Assembly (NCBI GenBank): GCA_017547885.1
Contig: JAFYOP010000004.1
Span: 195,287 to 259,286 of the forward strand
DNA from: Clostridia bacterium
GTDB taxonomy: Bacteria > Bacillota > Clostridia > Christensenellales > CAG-138
Direction of reading: 5' to 3'
DNA: 64,000 bases
Of this stretch, positions 27,132 through 36,822 are shown piece after piece; positions within the stretch are counted from its first letter, which is position 1, and every line of letters starts with the position of its first letter. A program made the position numbers and the translations under genes. Under the pieces are notes generated by a model. That model ran no database searches. It worked only from the letters and a program-made list of their open reading frames with translations, and was not told the origin of the DNA.

Positions 27132-27330
27132 AGATCCTCCGATAAGAACAATAGGATAAATTATTGATAGATTATACCACCTGAAAATTTGTCAGTCAAA
27201 TTGACAGAAATGAAGAGGCCACTTTTATATTTGTTTAAATTATTGTATAAAACTATGGCGAATAACGGCCTTTGGTGGTATGATAATATATAATGGTTCA
27301 AGTATAATTTATATCAGGAGGTAATTATTC

Positions 27331-27831
27331 ATGGCACTTTTTGACAAGATAAACACCATAGCAAAAAACGTTGGCGAAAAGACCGGCGATGCTATTGAGA
27401 TTACCAAACTGAACGCTAAAATATCCGGCGAAAAGTCCGCTATAGCAGACCTTTATAAGCAGCTTGGTGAAAAGGTATACGAAAAATACGCAGCCGGCGC
27501 ATATCAGGATGCCGATATGACAGAGCTTTTTGCCGCTGTAGATGCGCACAAGGCCAATATAGCCGAGGCTGAGGATAAGATAAAGGCCATAAAGGCAGAA
27601 AACGAAGCAAGAACACAGGCTGTACCGCAGGAACAGGCTGCTGCCGTAGGCGCAGTATGTCCCGGCTGTGGCGCTGCTGTGGCAGATGGAGTAAAATTCT
27701 GTAACCAGTGCGGCACCAAGCTGGAAGCCGCCGTATCCGAAGCAGAAGCAAAGAAGTTCTGTACCAACTGTGGTGCAGAAGCTGCCTGCGGCGTAAAGTT
27801 CTGTAGCCAGTGTGGAAGCAAAATCGAATAA
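27331..27831 (+). CDS. Coiled-coil protein with tandem zinc-ribbon motifs
   Basis: CPGCG...FCNQCG and FCTNCG...FCSQCG double zinc ribbons. AGGAGG precedes the ATG. Confidence 0.6.
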   Translation: MALFDKINTIAKNVGEKTGDAIEITKLNAKISGEKSAIADLYKQLGEKVYEKYAAGAYQDADMTELFAAVDAHKANIAEAEDKIKAIKAENEARTQAVPQEQAAAVGAVCPGCGAAVADGVKFCNQCGTKLEAAVSEAEAKKFCTNCGAEAACGVKFCSQCGSKIE

Positions 27832-27839
27832 AAAACCGT

Positions 27840-27870
27840 AAGCCGGGGTGTATTCTCCGGCTTGGTTTTT
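27840..27870 (+). terminator. Rho-independent terminator
   Basis: AAGCCGG...CCGGCTT followed by GGTTTTT. Confidence 0.6.
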
Positions 27871-27891
27871 GATATTTACGGAGGTAAAAAT

Positions 27892-29166
27892 ATGCTGAAT
27901 GCCAAAATAACCGACGCCTATATCGCAATACTCAAAGAAGAACTGCAGCTGGCAACGGGCTGCACAGAGCCCATTGCCATAGCCTACTGCGCCTCAAGGC
28001 TCAGGGATATATTGGGCGCCATGCCTGAAAGAGTGGACGCTGAGGTAAGCGGCAATATACTTAAAAACGTAAAGAGCGTGGTGGTGCCCAATACCGGCGG
28101 CCTTAAGGGAATAAAGGCGGCCGTAGCGGTGGGCATAGTGGCAGGCGAGACCGACAGGATACTTCAGGTAATATCTTCTGTTCCTGCGGAAAAGCACGCT
28201 GACATAAAGGCATATCTGGATACCGTATCCATAGATATCAGCTGCCCGGACACTCCCCGTATGCTGGATATACGCCTTACAGGCTACGCAGGAGCGGACA
28301 AGGCTGTGGTACATATCGCAAACAACCACTCCAACATTATCTATGAGGAAAAGAACGGAGATATCCTGCTGCAGAAGCCCCTTGTGGAGTCCGCGGAGGA
28401 CAACCTTCAGGACAAGAGCGTGCTCAACATTGAAGATATAGTTGAGTTTGCAAATACTGTGGATGTGAGCCGCGTTGCGGAAACTCTGGACAGGCAGATA
28501 AACTGCAACTCCGCCATCGCCGAAGAAGGCCTCAGGGGCAACTGGGGCGCAAACATCGGAAGCGTCCTGCTGAAGGAATACGGCAGCGATATAAAGACCG
28601 AAGCAAAGGCTTATGCTGCGGCAGGTTCTGATGCCCGTATGAGCGGCTGTGAAATGCCGGTTACCATAGTTTCCGGCTCAGGCAATCAGGGCATTACCGC
28701 ATCTATGCCTGTTGTTCGCTATGCAAAGCATCTGGGTGCCACTCAGGAGCAGCTTTATCGCGCCCTGCTGATATCCGACCTTATCACCATCCATCAGAAG
28801 ACCGGCATAGGCAGGCTGTCCGCATACTGCGGCGCCATCAGCGCAGGCTGCGGCGCAGGCGCCGGTATTGCCTATCTTCACGGCGCAGACGCAAAGGTAA
28901 TTGCTCAGACCGTGGTTAATGCGGTAGCAATACTTTCCGGCACCATCTGCGATGGAGCAAAGCCCTCCTGTGCGGCCAAGATAGCCTCTGCGGTAGAGGC
29001 CGGTATACTGGGCTATAAGATGTGCATGAACGACCAGCGGTTTAACGGCGGCGACGGCATAGTTGGCGAAGGCGTGGAGGAGACCATAGTAAACGTAGGC
29101 CGTCTTGCCAGCGAGGGCATGCGCCAAACCGACAAAACCATACTTAAGATAATGACGGGAAAATAA
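27892..29166 (+). CDS. UPF0597 / L-cysteine desulfidase family protein (serine dehydratase alpha-like)
   Basis: N-terminal LKEELQLATGCTEPIAIAY and SGSGNQGI motifs are characteristic. ATG at 27892 follows GGAGG. Confidence 0.8.
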   Translation: MLNAKITDAYIAILKEELQLATGCTEPIAIAYCASRLRDILGAMPERVDAEVSGNILKNVKSVVVPNTGGLKGIKAAVAVGIVAGETDRILQVISSVPAEKHADIKAYLDTVSIDISCPDTPRMLDIRLTGYAGADKAVVHIANNHSNIIYEEKNGDILLQKPLVESAEDNLQDKSVLNIEDIVEFANTVDVSRVAETLDRQINCNSAIAEEGLRGNWGANIGSVLLKEYGSDIKTEAKAYAAAGSDARMSGCEMPVTIVSGSGNQGITASMPVVRYAKHLGATQEQLYRALLISDLITIHQKTGIGRLSAYCGAISAGCGAGAGIAYLHGADAKVIAQTVVNAVAILSGTICDGAKPSCAAKIASAVEAGILGYKMCMNDQRFNGGDGIVGEGVEETIVNVGRLASEGMRQTDKTILKIMTGK

Positions 29167-29185
29167 CCTTTCCCCGGAGACACCC

Positions 29186-30349
29186 ATGAACAGCAAGACA
29201 AAAAACGAACCAAACCTTAAACGGGCAGATTTCTTTTACGGGCTGCTCAGACCAATTGTGTACCCAGTGGTTAACCGGTGGTACGGCTGCAAAAGCGAGC
29301 CGTTGCCTGAGATAGACGGCAACTACCTTATTATCTCAAACCACAACACAAACGTGGACATGATAATGGTGGCGGGCAGCTGCAAGCGTCCTATGCGCTT
29401 TGTAGGCAGCGAGCATATCTTCCAGAAGGGCTGGGCGGCAAGGCTCCTTATGTGGGCTGTGGCTCCCATAATACGCCAGAAGGGCGGCCTTGCATCCACC
29501 ACGGTAATGAGCATTACCCGGGCTCTGAGAAGGGGCGAGAATATCTGCATATTCGCAGAGGGCAACCGCTCCTATGACGGGCGTACCTGTTACGTATTGC
29601 CTTCCACAGGCAAGCTTGCCAAGGCGGGCGGTGCAGCCCTTGTAACATACAGGCTGGAGGGCGGATACCTTACCTCGCCCCGCTGGGCATACTTCCTCAG
29701 AAGAGGAAAAATGACAGGCAGAGCAGTAAACGTATACACGAAGGAACAACTTGCCGAGATGACTGCGGAGCAGGTATATGAGGCAATATGCAGGGATATA
29801 TACGAGGATGCCTTTGAAGAGCAGGAAAAACACCCCAGGCCATTCAAGGGCAAGCGACTGGCCGAAGGGCTGGAACACACCCTGTACTTCTGCCCGGAGT
29901 GCGAAAAGGCAGGCGGCCTTTACACCAAGGATGACAAGCTCTTCTGCTCCTGCGGAATGCAGGCAACATATGACCAATACGGCCTGCTGAACGGCACAAA
30001 GTTCGCAAGGACCACGGAATGGAACGATTGGCAGAGGAAAAAGCTGGGAGAATATCTTGATAACGGCGGTACAGAAATAGGCGATGACAACGTGTCTCTG
30101 TACAAGGTAACTCCCGACCATCGTATGGAACATATATACAGCGGCGCTGTAAGCCTTTCTGAGGGCAGAATGGACTTTGGCAAGTATTCTTTCCCTCTGG
30201 AGGAACTGGACGGCGTAGGACTCTGTGCGAAGGCCAAGATGGTGCTGATGTATGCGGGAGATCATTATGAGCTGCGCAGTACAGAGCGTATGAATGCACT
30301 TAAATATGTTCACGCCTATGAGCACGTTACAGGTAAGCAGATAATATAG
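29186..30349 (+). CDS. Lysophospholipid (PlsC-like) acyltransferase family protein with a C-terminal extension
   Basis: HX4D motif (NHNTNVD) and FAEGNRS block. The C-terminal half contains a CPEC...CSCG zinc-ribbon-like motif. Confidence 0.75.
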   Translation: MNSKTKNEPNLKRADFFYGLLRPIVYPVVNRWYGCKSEPLPEIDGNYLIISNHNTNVDMIMVAGSCKRPMRFVGSEHIFQKGWAARLLMWAVAPIIRQKGGLASTTVMSITRALRRGENICIFAEGNRSYDGRTCYVLPSTGKLAKAGGAALVTYRLEGGYLTSPRWAYFLRRGKMTGRAVNVYTKEQLAEMTAEQVYEAICRDIYEDAFEEQEKHPRPFKGKRLAEGLEHTLYFCPECEKAGGLYTKDDKLFCSCGMQATYDQYGLLNGTKFARTTEWNDWQRKKLGEYLDNGGTEIGDDNVSLYKVTPDHRMEHIYSGAVSLSEGRMDFGKYSFPLEELDGVGLCAKAKMVLMYAGDHYELRSTERMNALKYVHAYEHVTGKQII

Positions 30350-30360
30350 CACCGTATCAA

Positions 30361-30392
30361 ATGACCGTTCAATAAGTGAACGGTCATTTTTA
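30361..30392 (+). terminator. Rho-independent terminator
   Basis: ATGACCGTTC-AATAAGT-GAACGGTCAT followed by TTTTT. Confidence 0.75.
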
Positions 30393-30415
30393 TGCAGTAT
30401 AGGCTATGCGGCAGC

Positions 30416-30447
30416 AAAAAAGGACCGCCATGGGGCGGTCCTTTTTA
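30416..30447. terminator. Bidirectional terminator (serves the minus-strand NSS/MetS unit)
   Basis: AAAAAGGACCGCC-ATGG-GGCGGTCCTTTTT. Confidence 0.75.
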
Positions 30448-30456
30448 TTGTGGTGT

Positions 30457-30558
30457 TTACTTGTTGTCGTCGTGGATCATGATGTTGAACAGGTAGCCGA
30501 AGCCGCCAATGTAGAATACAAGGGTAAGGATCATGAAAATCCAGGTGCTTACTGACAT
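30457..30558 (-). CDS. MetS-like small (33 aa) single-TM subunit of the NSS transporter
   Basis: Not in the ORF track. Reads MSVSTWIFMILTLVFYIGGFGYLFNIMIHDDNK. AGGAGG lies 7 nt upstream of the ATG, 16 nt after the NSS gene stop. Confidence 0.65.
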   Translation of the reverse strand: MSVSTWIFMILTLVFYIGGFGYLFNIMIHDDNK

Positions 30559-30574
30559 ATTAGCTTACCTCCTA

Positions 30575-32065
30575 TTAGTCCTGCTTGGTAATGGGACCGG
30601 CTGCTACCTTGCGGTTAAACCAATTCTGCAGGCAGAGGCCGATGATGGCTACAAGGCCAAACTGGAATACAACGGTACCAAGGTTTTCGATCTCGGTTAT
30701 CTTCCACCAGGAATCGGGATACCAGCCAACAGACTGGATGCACCACCATGCTACCATGATGATAACAAAGATGGGAACCAGCTTCATGGAGAAGTTGTAA
30801 TACCACTTGGGGATCTCAAAGTCGCAGCCGTCAGCATTTATGCAGTTGACGCGGATATTTTCGGTGCCGTTTTTGAGCATTACGTAGCCGTACATAAGGC
30901 CGGTGATGAGCAGTGCCAGACCCCATACCCAGTCCTGATTCATCAGGAAGTTGATATTGAGGCAGGAGAAGATACCTACTACATAGCAGAATCCACAGAT
31001 GGCGGCAACTGCGCCCTTGCGCTTCATGCCAAGGTCTACCAGGTTGCATACGCCAACCTCAAGCATGTTGAACAGGGAGGTGACCGCTGCCATGGCCAGG
31101 GTGATGAAGAACAGACCGGAGAGGATCCAGCCGCCCTTGAAGGTGCTGAACAGCTGATACATGTAGATGAAGGTGATGCCGAAGTTGCCCTGACCGCAGG
31201 CTTCGTATGCTGCATCGGGGGAGGGAGAGAGGGCAAAGATGGCGGGGAGTACCAGGAAGCCTGCAATGATGGCGCCCAGATTGTCGCCCATACCCATCAT
31301 AAGGCAGTTGTTGGGGATGTCTTCCTTTGCGCTGGTGTATACGGAGTATACGGTTACCATACCCCAGCCTGCGCCGGTGGACCATGCGGCCTGAGTGAAG
31401 GCCTGGAGCCAGGTGTTGGGGTCAAGGAGGTCAGCCATGTCAATGTGGAACAGATACTCGATACCTGCGCCGGCGCCGGGGAGGCAGCATGCGTAGATGG
31501 CCATGCCAATGAGAACTACGAAAATAAGAGGAATGAGTACCTTGCATACCTTTTCAATACCTGCGGCAACGCCCTTGTAAAGTACAAAGAAACCTATGCC
31601 CATGCTGACGGTGTGGCCCAGAATAACCACCAGCTTGTTGTCAAGGAAGGCATTCCAGATGCCCTCTGCCTCGGTAACGGTCAGGTTGGCAGGGCGGCTG
31701 ATAAGGGAGGATACGCCGTAGCGGAAGCAGTAGCCGTTCAGTACGGAATAGTAAGAGGCTATGCCCAGGCATGTCATGATTACGAAGAAGCCCATCCATG
31801 TGGTCTTCCTGCCGCCCATATCGCGGAAGGCGCCAAGGTTGCCCAGACGGCTGGTTTTGCCCATTACCATTTCGTTCATCAGCAGGGGTACCGCGAATAT
31901 CAGCATGGCTATTGTCCATGCGATAACAAAGGAACCGCCGCCGTTTGCTGCGCATACGCGTGGGAAACGCCAAACGTTACCGGTACCTATGCACATGCCC
32001 AGACAGGCCAGCAGGAAGCCCATTCTGCTTCCCCATTGCTGTTTTGATTCGGTATGAGTGCTCAT
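30575..32065 (-). CDS. Sodium-dependent neurotransmitter:sodium symporter (NSS/SNF) family transporter
   Basis: N-terminal WGSRMGFLLACLGMCIGTGNVWRFP signature and about 12 TM segments. Confidence 0.9.
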   Translation of the reverse strand: MSTHTESKQQWGSRMGFLLACLGMCIGTGNVWRFPRVCAANGGGSFVIAWTIAMLIFAVPLLMNEMVMGKTSRLGNLGAFRDMGGRKTTWMGFFVIMTCLGIASYYSVLNGYCFRYGVSSLISRPANLTVTEAEGIWNAFLDNKLVVILGHTVSMGIGFFVLYKGVAAGIEKVCKVLIPLIFVVLIGMAIYACCLPGAGAGIEYLFHIDMADLLDPNTWLQAFTQAAWSTGAGWGMVTVYSVYTSAKEDIPNNCLMMGMGDNLGAIIAGFLVLPAIFALSPSPDAAYEACGQGNFGITFIYMYQLFSTFKGGWILSGLFFITLAMAAVTSLFNMLEVGVCNLVDLGMKRKGAVAAICGFCYVVGIFSCLNINFLMNQDWVWGLALLITGLMYGYVMLKNGTENIRVNCINADGCDFEIPKWYYNFSMKLVPIFVIIMVAWWCIQSVGWYPDSWWKITEIENLGTVVFQFGLVAIIGLCLQNWFNRKVAAGPITKQD

Positions 32066-32612
32066 AAATCAACCTTCTTTCTGTAAAAATATTGGATGAA
32101 TCAATTAAAATATTTTCAGGCACAAAGCACTAACCTGACATAGTGAAGGAACGAGAGAATATAAAAACACAGATGCAGATAAAAATCTGCATTTGCAAAT
32201 GCGTAAGTTGTAGGCCGCAAAAGAAAAATCAAAAAAATCGAGAAAGGAAAAATATGCGAACCACAGCTAAATGAGTAAACTTTTATAGAAAACCTTTATA
32301 CAAAATTTACTACATATATAAAAATTGTATAAAGTTTATATTCATTATAATCTTATGAATATTCTTATTCAACCCTGCGGGAGCTTTTGTAGCATGGGGG
32401 TTTCTTGTTATAAGCATGACAAATATTCATGGTTGTTTTTTTAACAAGGGAAATACCGTTGATCGAATTGTGGAAAAATAACGATAAAAGTCATATTCTT
32501 TTATATTTTGACGAAGGTATTGCGTGGCAAAAACAGCAGATATAGTATCAGAACATCGTCACATTTTGTTGAAAAAATCACAGAGAAAACTCTCCGCTGA
32601 AGGGGGAATAAT

Positions 32613-32960
32613 ATGCGGGGCATGAGGAATGCGGCTAATCTGCTCAGGGCGGTGGGGATGCATCCCAAATACAAGGGTTACGCTTATATGCTGCTGATGC
32701 TGCAAAAAACACAGGTGGAACCGGAGTCCGTGTATAATATATCATCTGTGCTCTATCCGCTGGTAACGGAAAAGTACGGGGTGACCCGCGCAGCCGTGGA
32801 GAGATGTATACGCTTCGCCATACGCCGCACATGGGAAACGGGCAATATCGGCATGCTGGAGGAGCTGTTTGGCGCATATGAAACAGGCTGTATTCCCACT
32901 ACAAGCGAGTTTATTGCGGTAATGACGGAATGCATAATGTGCCGCAGAGGGCGAAAATAA
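32613..32960 (+). CDS. Stand-alone Spo0A C-terminal (DNA-binding) domain protein
   Basis: KYKGYAYMLLML...LYPLVTEKYGVTRAAVERCIRFAIRRTWETGNIGMLEELFG...PTTSEFIAVM parallels the Spo0A effector domain. No receiver domain is present. Confidence 0.8.
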   Translation: MRGMRNAANLLRAVGMHPKYKGYAYMLLMLQKTQVEPESVYNISSVLYPLVTEKYGVTRAAVERCIRFAIRRTWETGNIGMLEELFGAYETGCIPTTSEFIAVMTECIMCRRGRK

Positions 32961-33040
32961 CATGTCTTTGCCGGGGCTGTGGAAATGGCATGGATATGAT
33001 GCTATAATAGAAAAAACAGCACCGCAAAGGAGACTATAAT

Positions 33041-33541
33041 ATGGTAATCATCGAAATGGAAGGCGGCGGCCTCATTAAGATCCAGCTGGATCCTTCAGCC
33101 GCTCCCAATACCGTTAAGAACTTTAAGTATCTGGTGGACAAGGGCTTTTATAACGGCCTGATTTTCCATAGAGTTATCCCCGGCTTTATGATACAGGGCG
33201 GCTGCCCCGACGGCACCGGTATGGGCGGCCCCGGATATCATATCAAGGGCGAGTTTGCCATGAACGGCGTAAATAACCCCATTCGCCACAAGAGGGGCGT
33301 TATTTCCATGGCAAGGGCAATGCATCCCGACAGCGCAGGCTCCCAGTTCTTCATTATGCATGCGGATTCTCCCCATCTGGACGGACAGTACGCCGCCTTT
33401 GGCGAGGTTGTGGAAGGCATGAACATAGTGGATGAGATCGCGGCTGTTCCCACGGACTTCCGCGACAGGCCTCAGATGGATATGCGCATAAAGTCCATGA
33501 CGCTGGTGGATGAAACCGTGGAGGAGCCCGAGAAGGTATAG
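33041..33541 (+). CDS. ppiB: Cyclophilin-type peptidyl-prolyl cis-trans isomerase
   Basis: FHRVIPGFMIQGGCP...SMARA...GSQFFI motifs. Confidence 0.95.
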   Translation: MVIIEMEGGGLIKIQLDPSAAPNTVKNFKYLVDKGFYNGLIFHRVIPGFMIQGGCPDGTGMGGPGYHIKGEFAMNGVNNPIRHKRGVISMARAMHPDSAGSQFFIMHADSPHLDGQYAAFGEVVEGMNIVDEIAAVPTDFRDRPQMDMRIKSMTLVDETVEEPEKV

Positions 33542-33543
33542 CC

Positions 33544-33858
33544 ATGGGAAAAATGTCAGCCCTGGAGCGCATAGACGAACTCAGAAAAGATATAGATAAA
33601 ATAGATGAGGAAATCGTGGCTCTTTTTGAACGGCGCATGGATACTGCCCGAGCCATAGGCTGTATAAAGAGAGAAAACCATATAGCCATAAAGAATGAAA
33701 GCCGCGAAGAACAGGTAAAGGCAAACTGCAGGGCTAACTGCAAAAACAGCCTGTATCTTGACGATGCTCAGGCTGTGATGATGTGCATAGTAAATGCGTG
33801 CAGGGAAATACAGAAAAAGGATGGCGCCGTGAGTGATACTCCATTGGAAGCGCAATAA
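33544..33858 (+). CDS. Chorismate mutase (AroQ type II)
   Basis: LRKDIDKIDEEIVALFERRMDTARAIGCIK is the AroQ N-terminal helix pattern. Confidence 0.75.
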   Translation: MGKMSALERIDELRKDIDKIDEEIVALFERRMDTARAIGCIKRENHIAIKNESREEQVKANCRANCKNSLYLDDAQAVMMCIVNACREIQKKDGAVSDTPLEAQ

Positions 33859-33914
33859 TCCAAAGAAATAAAAAGCGGCGCATTTTTTGCTTCACATTGG
33901 GGCAAACTTCTGCT

Positions 33915-35519
33915 ATGAGCAGGAGCAGCAAAAAAATATATACCTCATTTAAAACGCTCCTGGGCGAAAGGCCCGGGAGCGTTTTGCCCCATGAAGAAGA
34001 AAACTATAAGGAATATCTGGAGGCAAACTCCCCCAATGCAGAGGAGCTGGAACGGCAGCGGCGGGCAGCGGTAAACGGCCTGCCGGTGTTTGCCATTGCC
34101 ATAGTGGGTGAGGGTGAAAATGAGCAGGATGTACAGGTTACCAAGGATTCACTTGCCGCCCAGACCTATTCCAGATGGACATTGGTGGAGGGTACGGACG
34201 GGGAGGATTGGCAGTTTATAATGTACATGTATCCGGGGGACATCCTGCCTGCGGATGCGCTGTATCAGTATGCCATGCACGCTGAAGGGAGGGACCTTCT
34301 GTATTGCGATGAAGATACCCTGGGCCTTAGCGGAAGGGAAAGGCCTGTGTTTAAGCCTGAGCCGGACATGCTGACCCAGCTTTCATATGACATGCTGGGC
34401 AGCGGCGTGGCGGTGAGCCGTGTTTTGTACGGCGCTGCCGGAGCAATGGTGGGGGATACGGCAGATGACAGATACGGATACAATCTGCGCTGCCTTAAAA
34501 AAGCGGAGGCACCATTTCACATTGCCCGGGTATTGTACACCTGCGGCAGCCGGAGAAACACGACCGCAGAGGCGCGATATCATGTGGAGAAAGCCGCAGG
34601 CAAGGGCGTTTACGTTATGCCGGGAGAGTGGCAGGGGAGCTTTAGGGTGGAGGCGGCGGTAAAGAAGCCGGGCGTCGCGGTGATAATCAGCAACCGGGAC
34701 AGCTATCAGCCGCTGCTCAGGCTGCTGATGAGCATAGACGGTGCGGCGAAAGAGCATAAGATAAACATACTTATTGCAGACAGAGGCAGCACAGACAGCC
34801 GTACCCTCAGGTATTATGACATACTCAAGCGAAACGGCGCTGCAAAGGTGTATTACGGCGGCGATGTGGGCATACCGGCTCTGCTGAATTCCGCTGCCTC
34901 AGAGGCGGACGCGGATGTGGCGGTATTTATGGAAAACACTGCGGAGGTGCTGAGCCACAACTGGATAGGGGAGCAGCTTTCTCAGGCTATGCGCAGCGGA
35001 GTGGGGGCGGCGGGGCCAAAAATAATATCCGCTGACGGCAGGCTTTTGCACTGCGGCACGGTGGTGGGAATGGGAGGATGGAGAGGCTCGCCCTATCAGG
35101 GCAGCCAGGATGACAGAGGAGGCGAACCAAAGCGAACGTTTACCCAAACCGTAAGGAGGGTATCTGCGCTGAGCTCTGTGTGCATGATGGTGCGAATGGA
35201 AACCTTCTTTAATGTGGGATGCTTTGATGAAAGCTTTTGCTTTACGGGGTTTGACACTGAGTTTTGTCTGCGCATGGCGGGACGAGGATATGCAAGCGTG
35301 TTTACCCCCAGGGTGCTGGTAAAGTCACATGTGCCCATTGCCTCCATAGCGGAAGCACAGGAGCAGGATATACAGCGCTGCTATGATGCCATGAGGGAGA
35401 GCATGGTGCGGGGAGATCCATACTATAATATTAATTATGACTATATGTCCTTTGAACCCAGGGTGGCCATACATCCGGCGCCGCCAATAAAACTTAATCC
35501 TGTTTTCAGTGAAAAATAA
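33915..35519 (+). CDS. Family 2 glycosyltransferase (two GT-A-like halves)
   Basis: VAVIISNRDS...DRGSTD and later MMVRMETF motifs. The start is ATG 33915, or TTG 33897 as in the ORF track. Confidence 0.7.
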   Translation: MSRSSKKIYTSFKTLLGERPGSVLPHEEENYKEYLEANSPNAEELERQRRAAVNGLPVFAIAIVGEGENEQDVQVTKDSLAAQTYSRWTLVEGTDGEDWQFIMYMYPGDILPADALYQYAMHAEGRDLLYCDEDTLGLSGRERPVFKPEPDMLTQLSYDMLGSGVAVSRVLYGAAGAMVGDTADDRYGYNLRCLKKAEAPFHIARVLYTCGSRRNTTAEARYHVEKAAGKGVYVMPGEWQGSFRVEAAVKKPGVAVIISNRDSYQPLLRLLMSIDGAAKEHKINILIADRGSTDSRTLRYYDILKRNGAAKVYYGGDVGIPALLNSAASEADADVAVFMENTAEVLSHNWIGEQLSQAMRSGVGAAGPKIISADGRLLHCGTVVGMGGWRGSPYQGSQDDRGGEPKRTFTQTVRRVSALSSVCMMVRMETFFNVGCFDESFCFTGFDTEFCLRMAGRGYASVFTPRVLVKSHVPIASIAEAQEQDIQRCYDAMRESMVRGDPYYNINYDYMSFEPRVAIHPAPPIKLNPVFSEK

Positions 35520-35550
35520 AAAAGTCCCTTTGGGGACTTTTCAGTTTGCT

Positions 35551-36102
35551 TTATTGCAGCGTTATTATTATGTCCGCATCTGCGGCATCCATTTCATCAT
35601 GTGTTACCATTATGAGAAGAGCATCCTTTGTATATCTGCGTATCACTTCAAGGGTATTGGCCCGGGTGGCGGAGTCCAGGCCCTTGAGAGGCTCATCCAT
35701 TATGTACACATTTGCCTTTGCCGCAAGCGCTCTGGCAATGGCCACTCTGCGCTTCATGCCGCCGGAAAGCTCCTTTGGCTTTTGATGGAGTGCGGATCCA
35801 AGGCCCAGTTCGCACAGCAGCTTTTTTGCCCTTTCCTCATCCGAGGCTATTGCGGCGTTGCTCAGGGCCGTATCCCATGGCAGCAGACGGTCCTCCTGAA
35901 ACACCATGCTTATCTGATCGGTGGACTGCACTGTGCCGCTGTCGGGGGTACACAGCCCCGCTATGATGTTGAGCAGTGTGGTTTTGCCTGCGCCGGAGCG
36001 GCCTGTGATCGCCCAGAAGCCTTTATCCGGAAGCTCTGCGGAAAATCCATTCAGTATGGTTTTGCCTTCGTAGGCTTTGGTTACGTTGCTAAGGCGTATC
36101 AT
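35551..36102 (-). CDS. ABC transporter ATP-binding protein (NitT/TauT-type, compact)
   Basis: Walker A GRSGAGKTT, signature LSGGMKRRVAIA, Walker B IYIMDEP, H-loop VTHD. Confidence 0.9.
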   Translation of the reverse strand: MIRLSNVTKAYEGKTILNGFSAELPDKGFWAITGRSGAGKTTLLNIIAGLCTPDSGTVQSTDQISMVFQEDRLLPWDTALSNAAIASDEERAKKLLCELGLGSALHQKPKELSGGMKRRVAIARALAAKANVYIMDEPLKGLDSATRANTLEVIRRYTKDALLIMVTHDEMDAADADIIITLQ

Positions 36103-36742
36103 GCAGCCTCCTTGCCAGCCGCACGAGCAGCTTTTCCAATATCATGCTGATGATTATGATTACCGCCGTCCATGCAAAAAGATCCACGGTTTCAAGGTAA
36201 ATCTTTGCATTGTACAGCTCTGAGCCTATGCCCATGGAGATGGGGACCAACACTTCCGCGGCTATGCCCGCCTTCCATGCAAGGCCCATGCCGGATTTCG
36301 CCGCAGCCATGATGAAGGGGAATATGCCGGGCAGGTAAATCCGCATCAGCGTTTTGGTTTTGCCAAGGCGGAACACCTTTGCCATTTCAAGGAGCTTTGT
36401 GTCGGTGGATTTTATTCCCTCATAGGTGTTTGACCATACCACAGGCAGCACCATCAAAAAGGATGTTACGGCGGGGATATGCTCCTTTGAAAGGAATACG
36501 AACATCAGTATTATAAATGATGCAACGGGGGTGGCCCGTATTATTTTTGCTGCGGGGGAGAGGAGTGCGTCCAGCAGCCTTGAGCGGGCGGTGAATATAC
36601 CCAGTACACCGCCAACCAGCAGGGCGCAGAGATATCCCACAAGTATTCTCAGCAATGATGAGCCTATATGGTGCCAGAACTCACTCTGAACCATTAGCTC
36701 GGTAAGCCGTGAAAGCACCGTAAGAGGTGCAGGTATCAGCAC
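36089..36742 (-). CDS. ABC transporter permease (NitT/TauT-type). The true N-terminus probably lies upstream, up to 36826
   Basis: Binding-protein-dependent permease fold. The frame stays open upstream and encodes a TM-like KRIIKTAAVAAAWLVIWQLIHAFVGKE, with no ATG/GTG/TTG. Confidence 0.8.
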   Translation of the reverse strand: MLIPAPLTVLSRLTELMVQSEFWHHIGSSLLRILVGYLCALLVGGVLGIFTARSRLLDALLSPAAKIIRATPVASFIILMFVFLSKEHIPAVTSFLMVLPVVWSNTYEGIKSTDTKLLEMAKVFRLGKTKTLMRIYLPGIFPFIMAAAKSGMGLAWKAGIAAEVLVPISMGIGSELYNAKIYLETVDLFAWTAVIIIISMILEKLLVRLARRLHDTP

Positions 36743-36822
36743 CTCTTTGCCAACAAAAGCGTGTATCAGCTGCCATATGACCAGCCACGCGGCGGCTACG
36801 GCGGCGGTTTTTATTATGCGTT

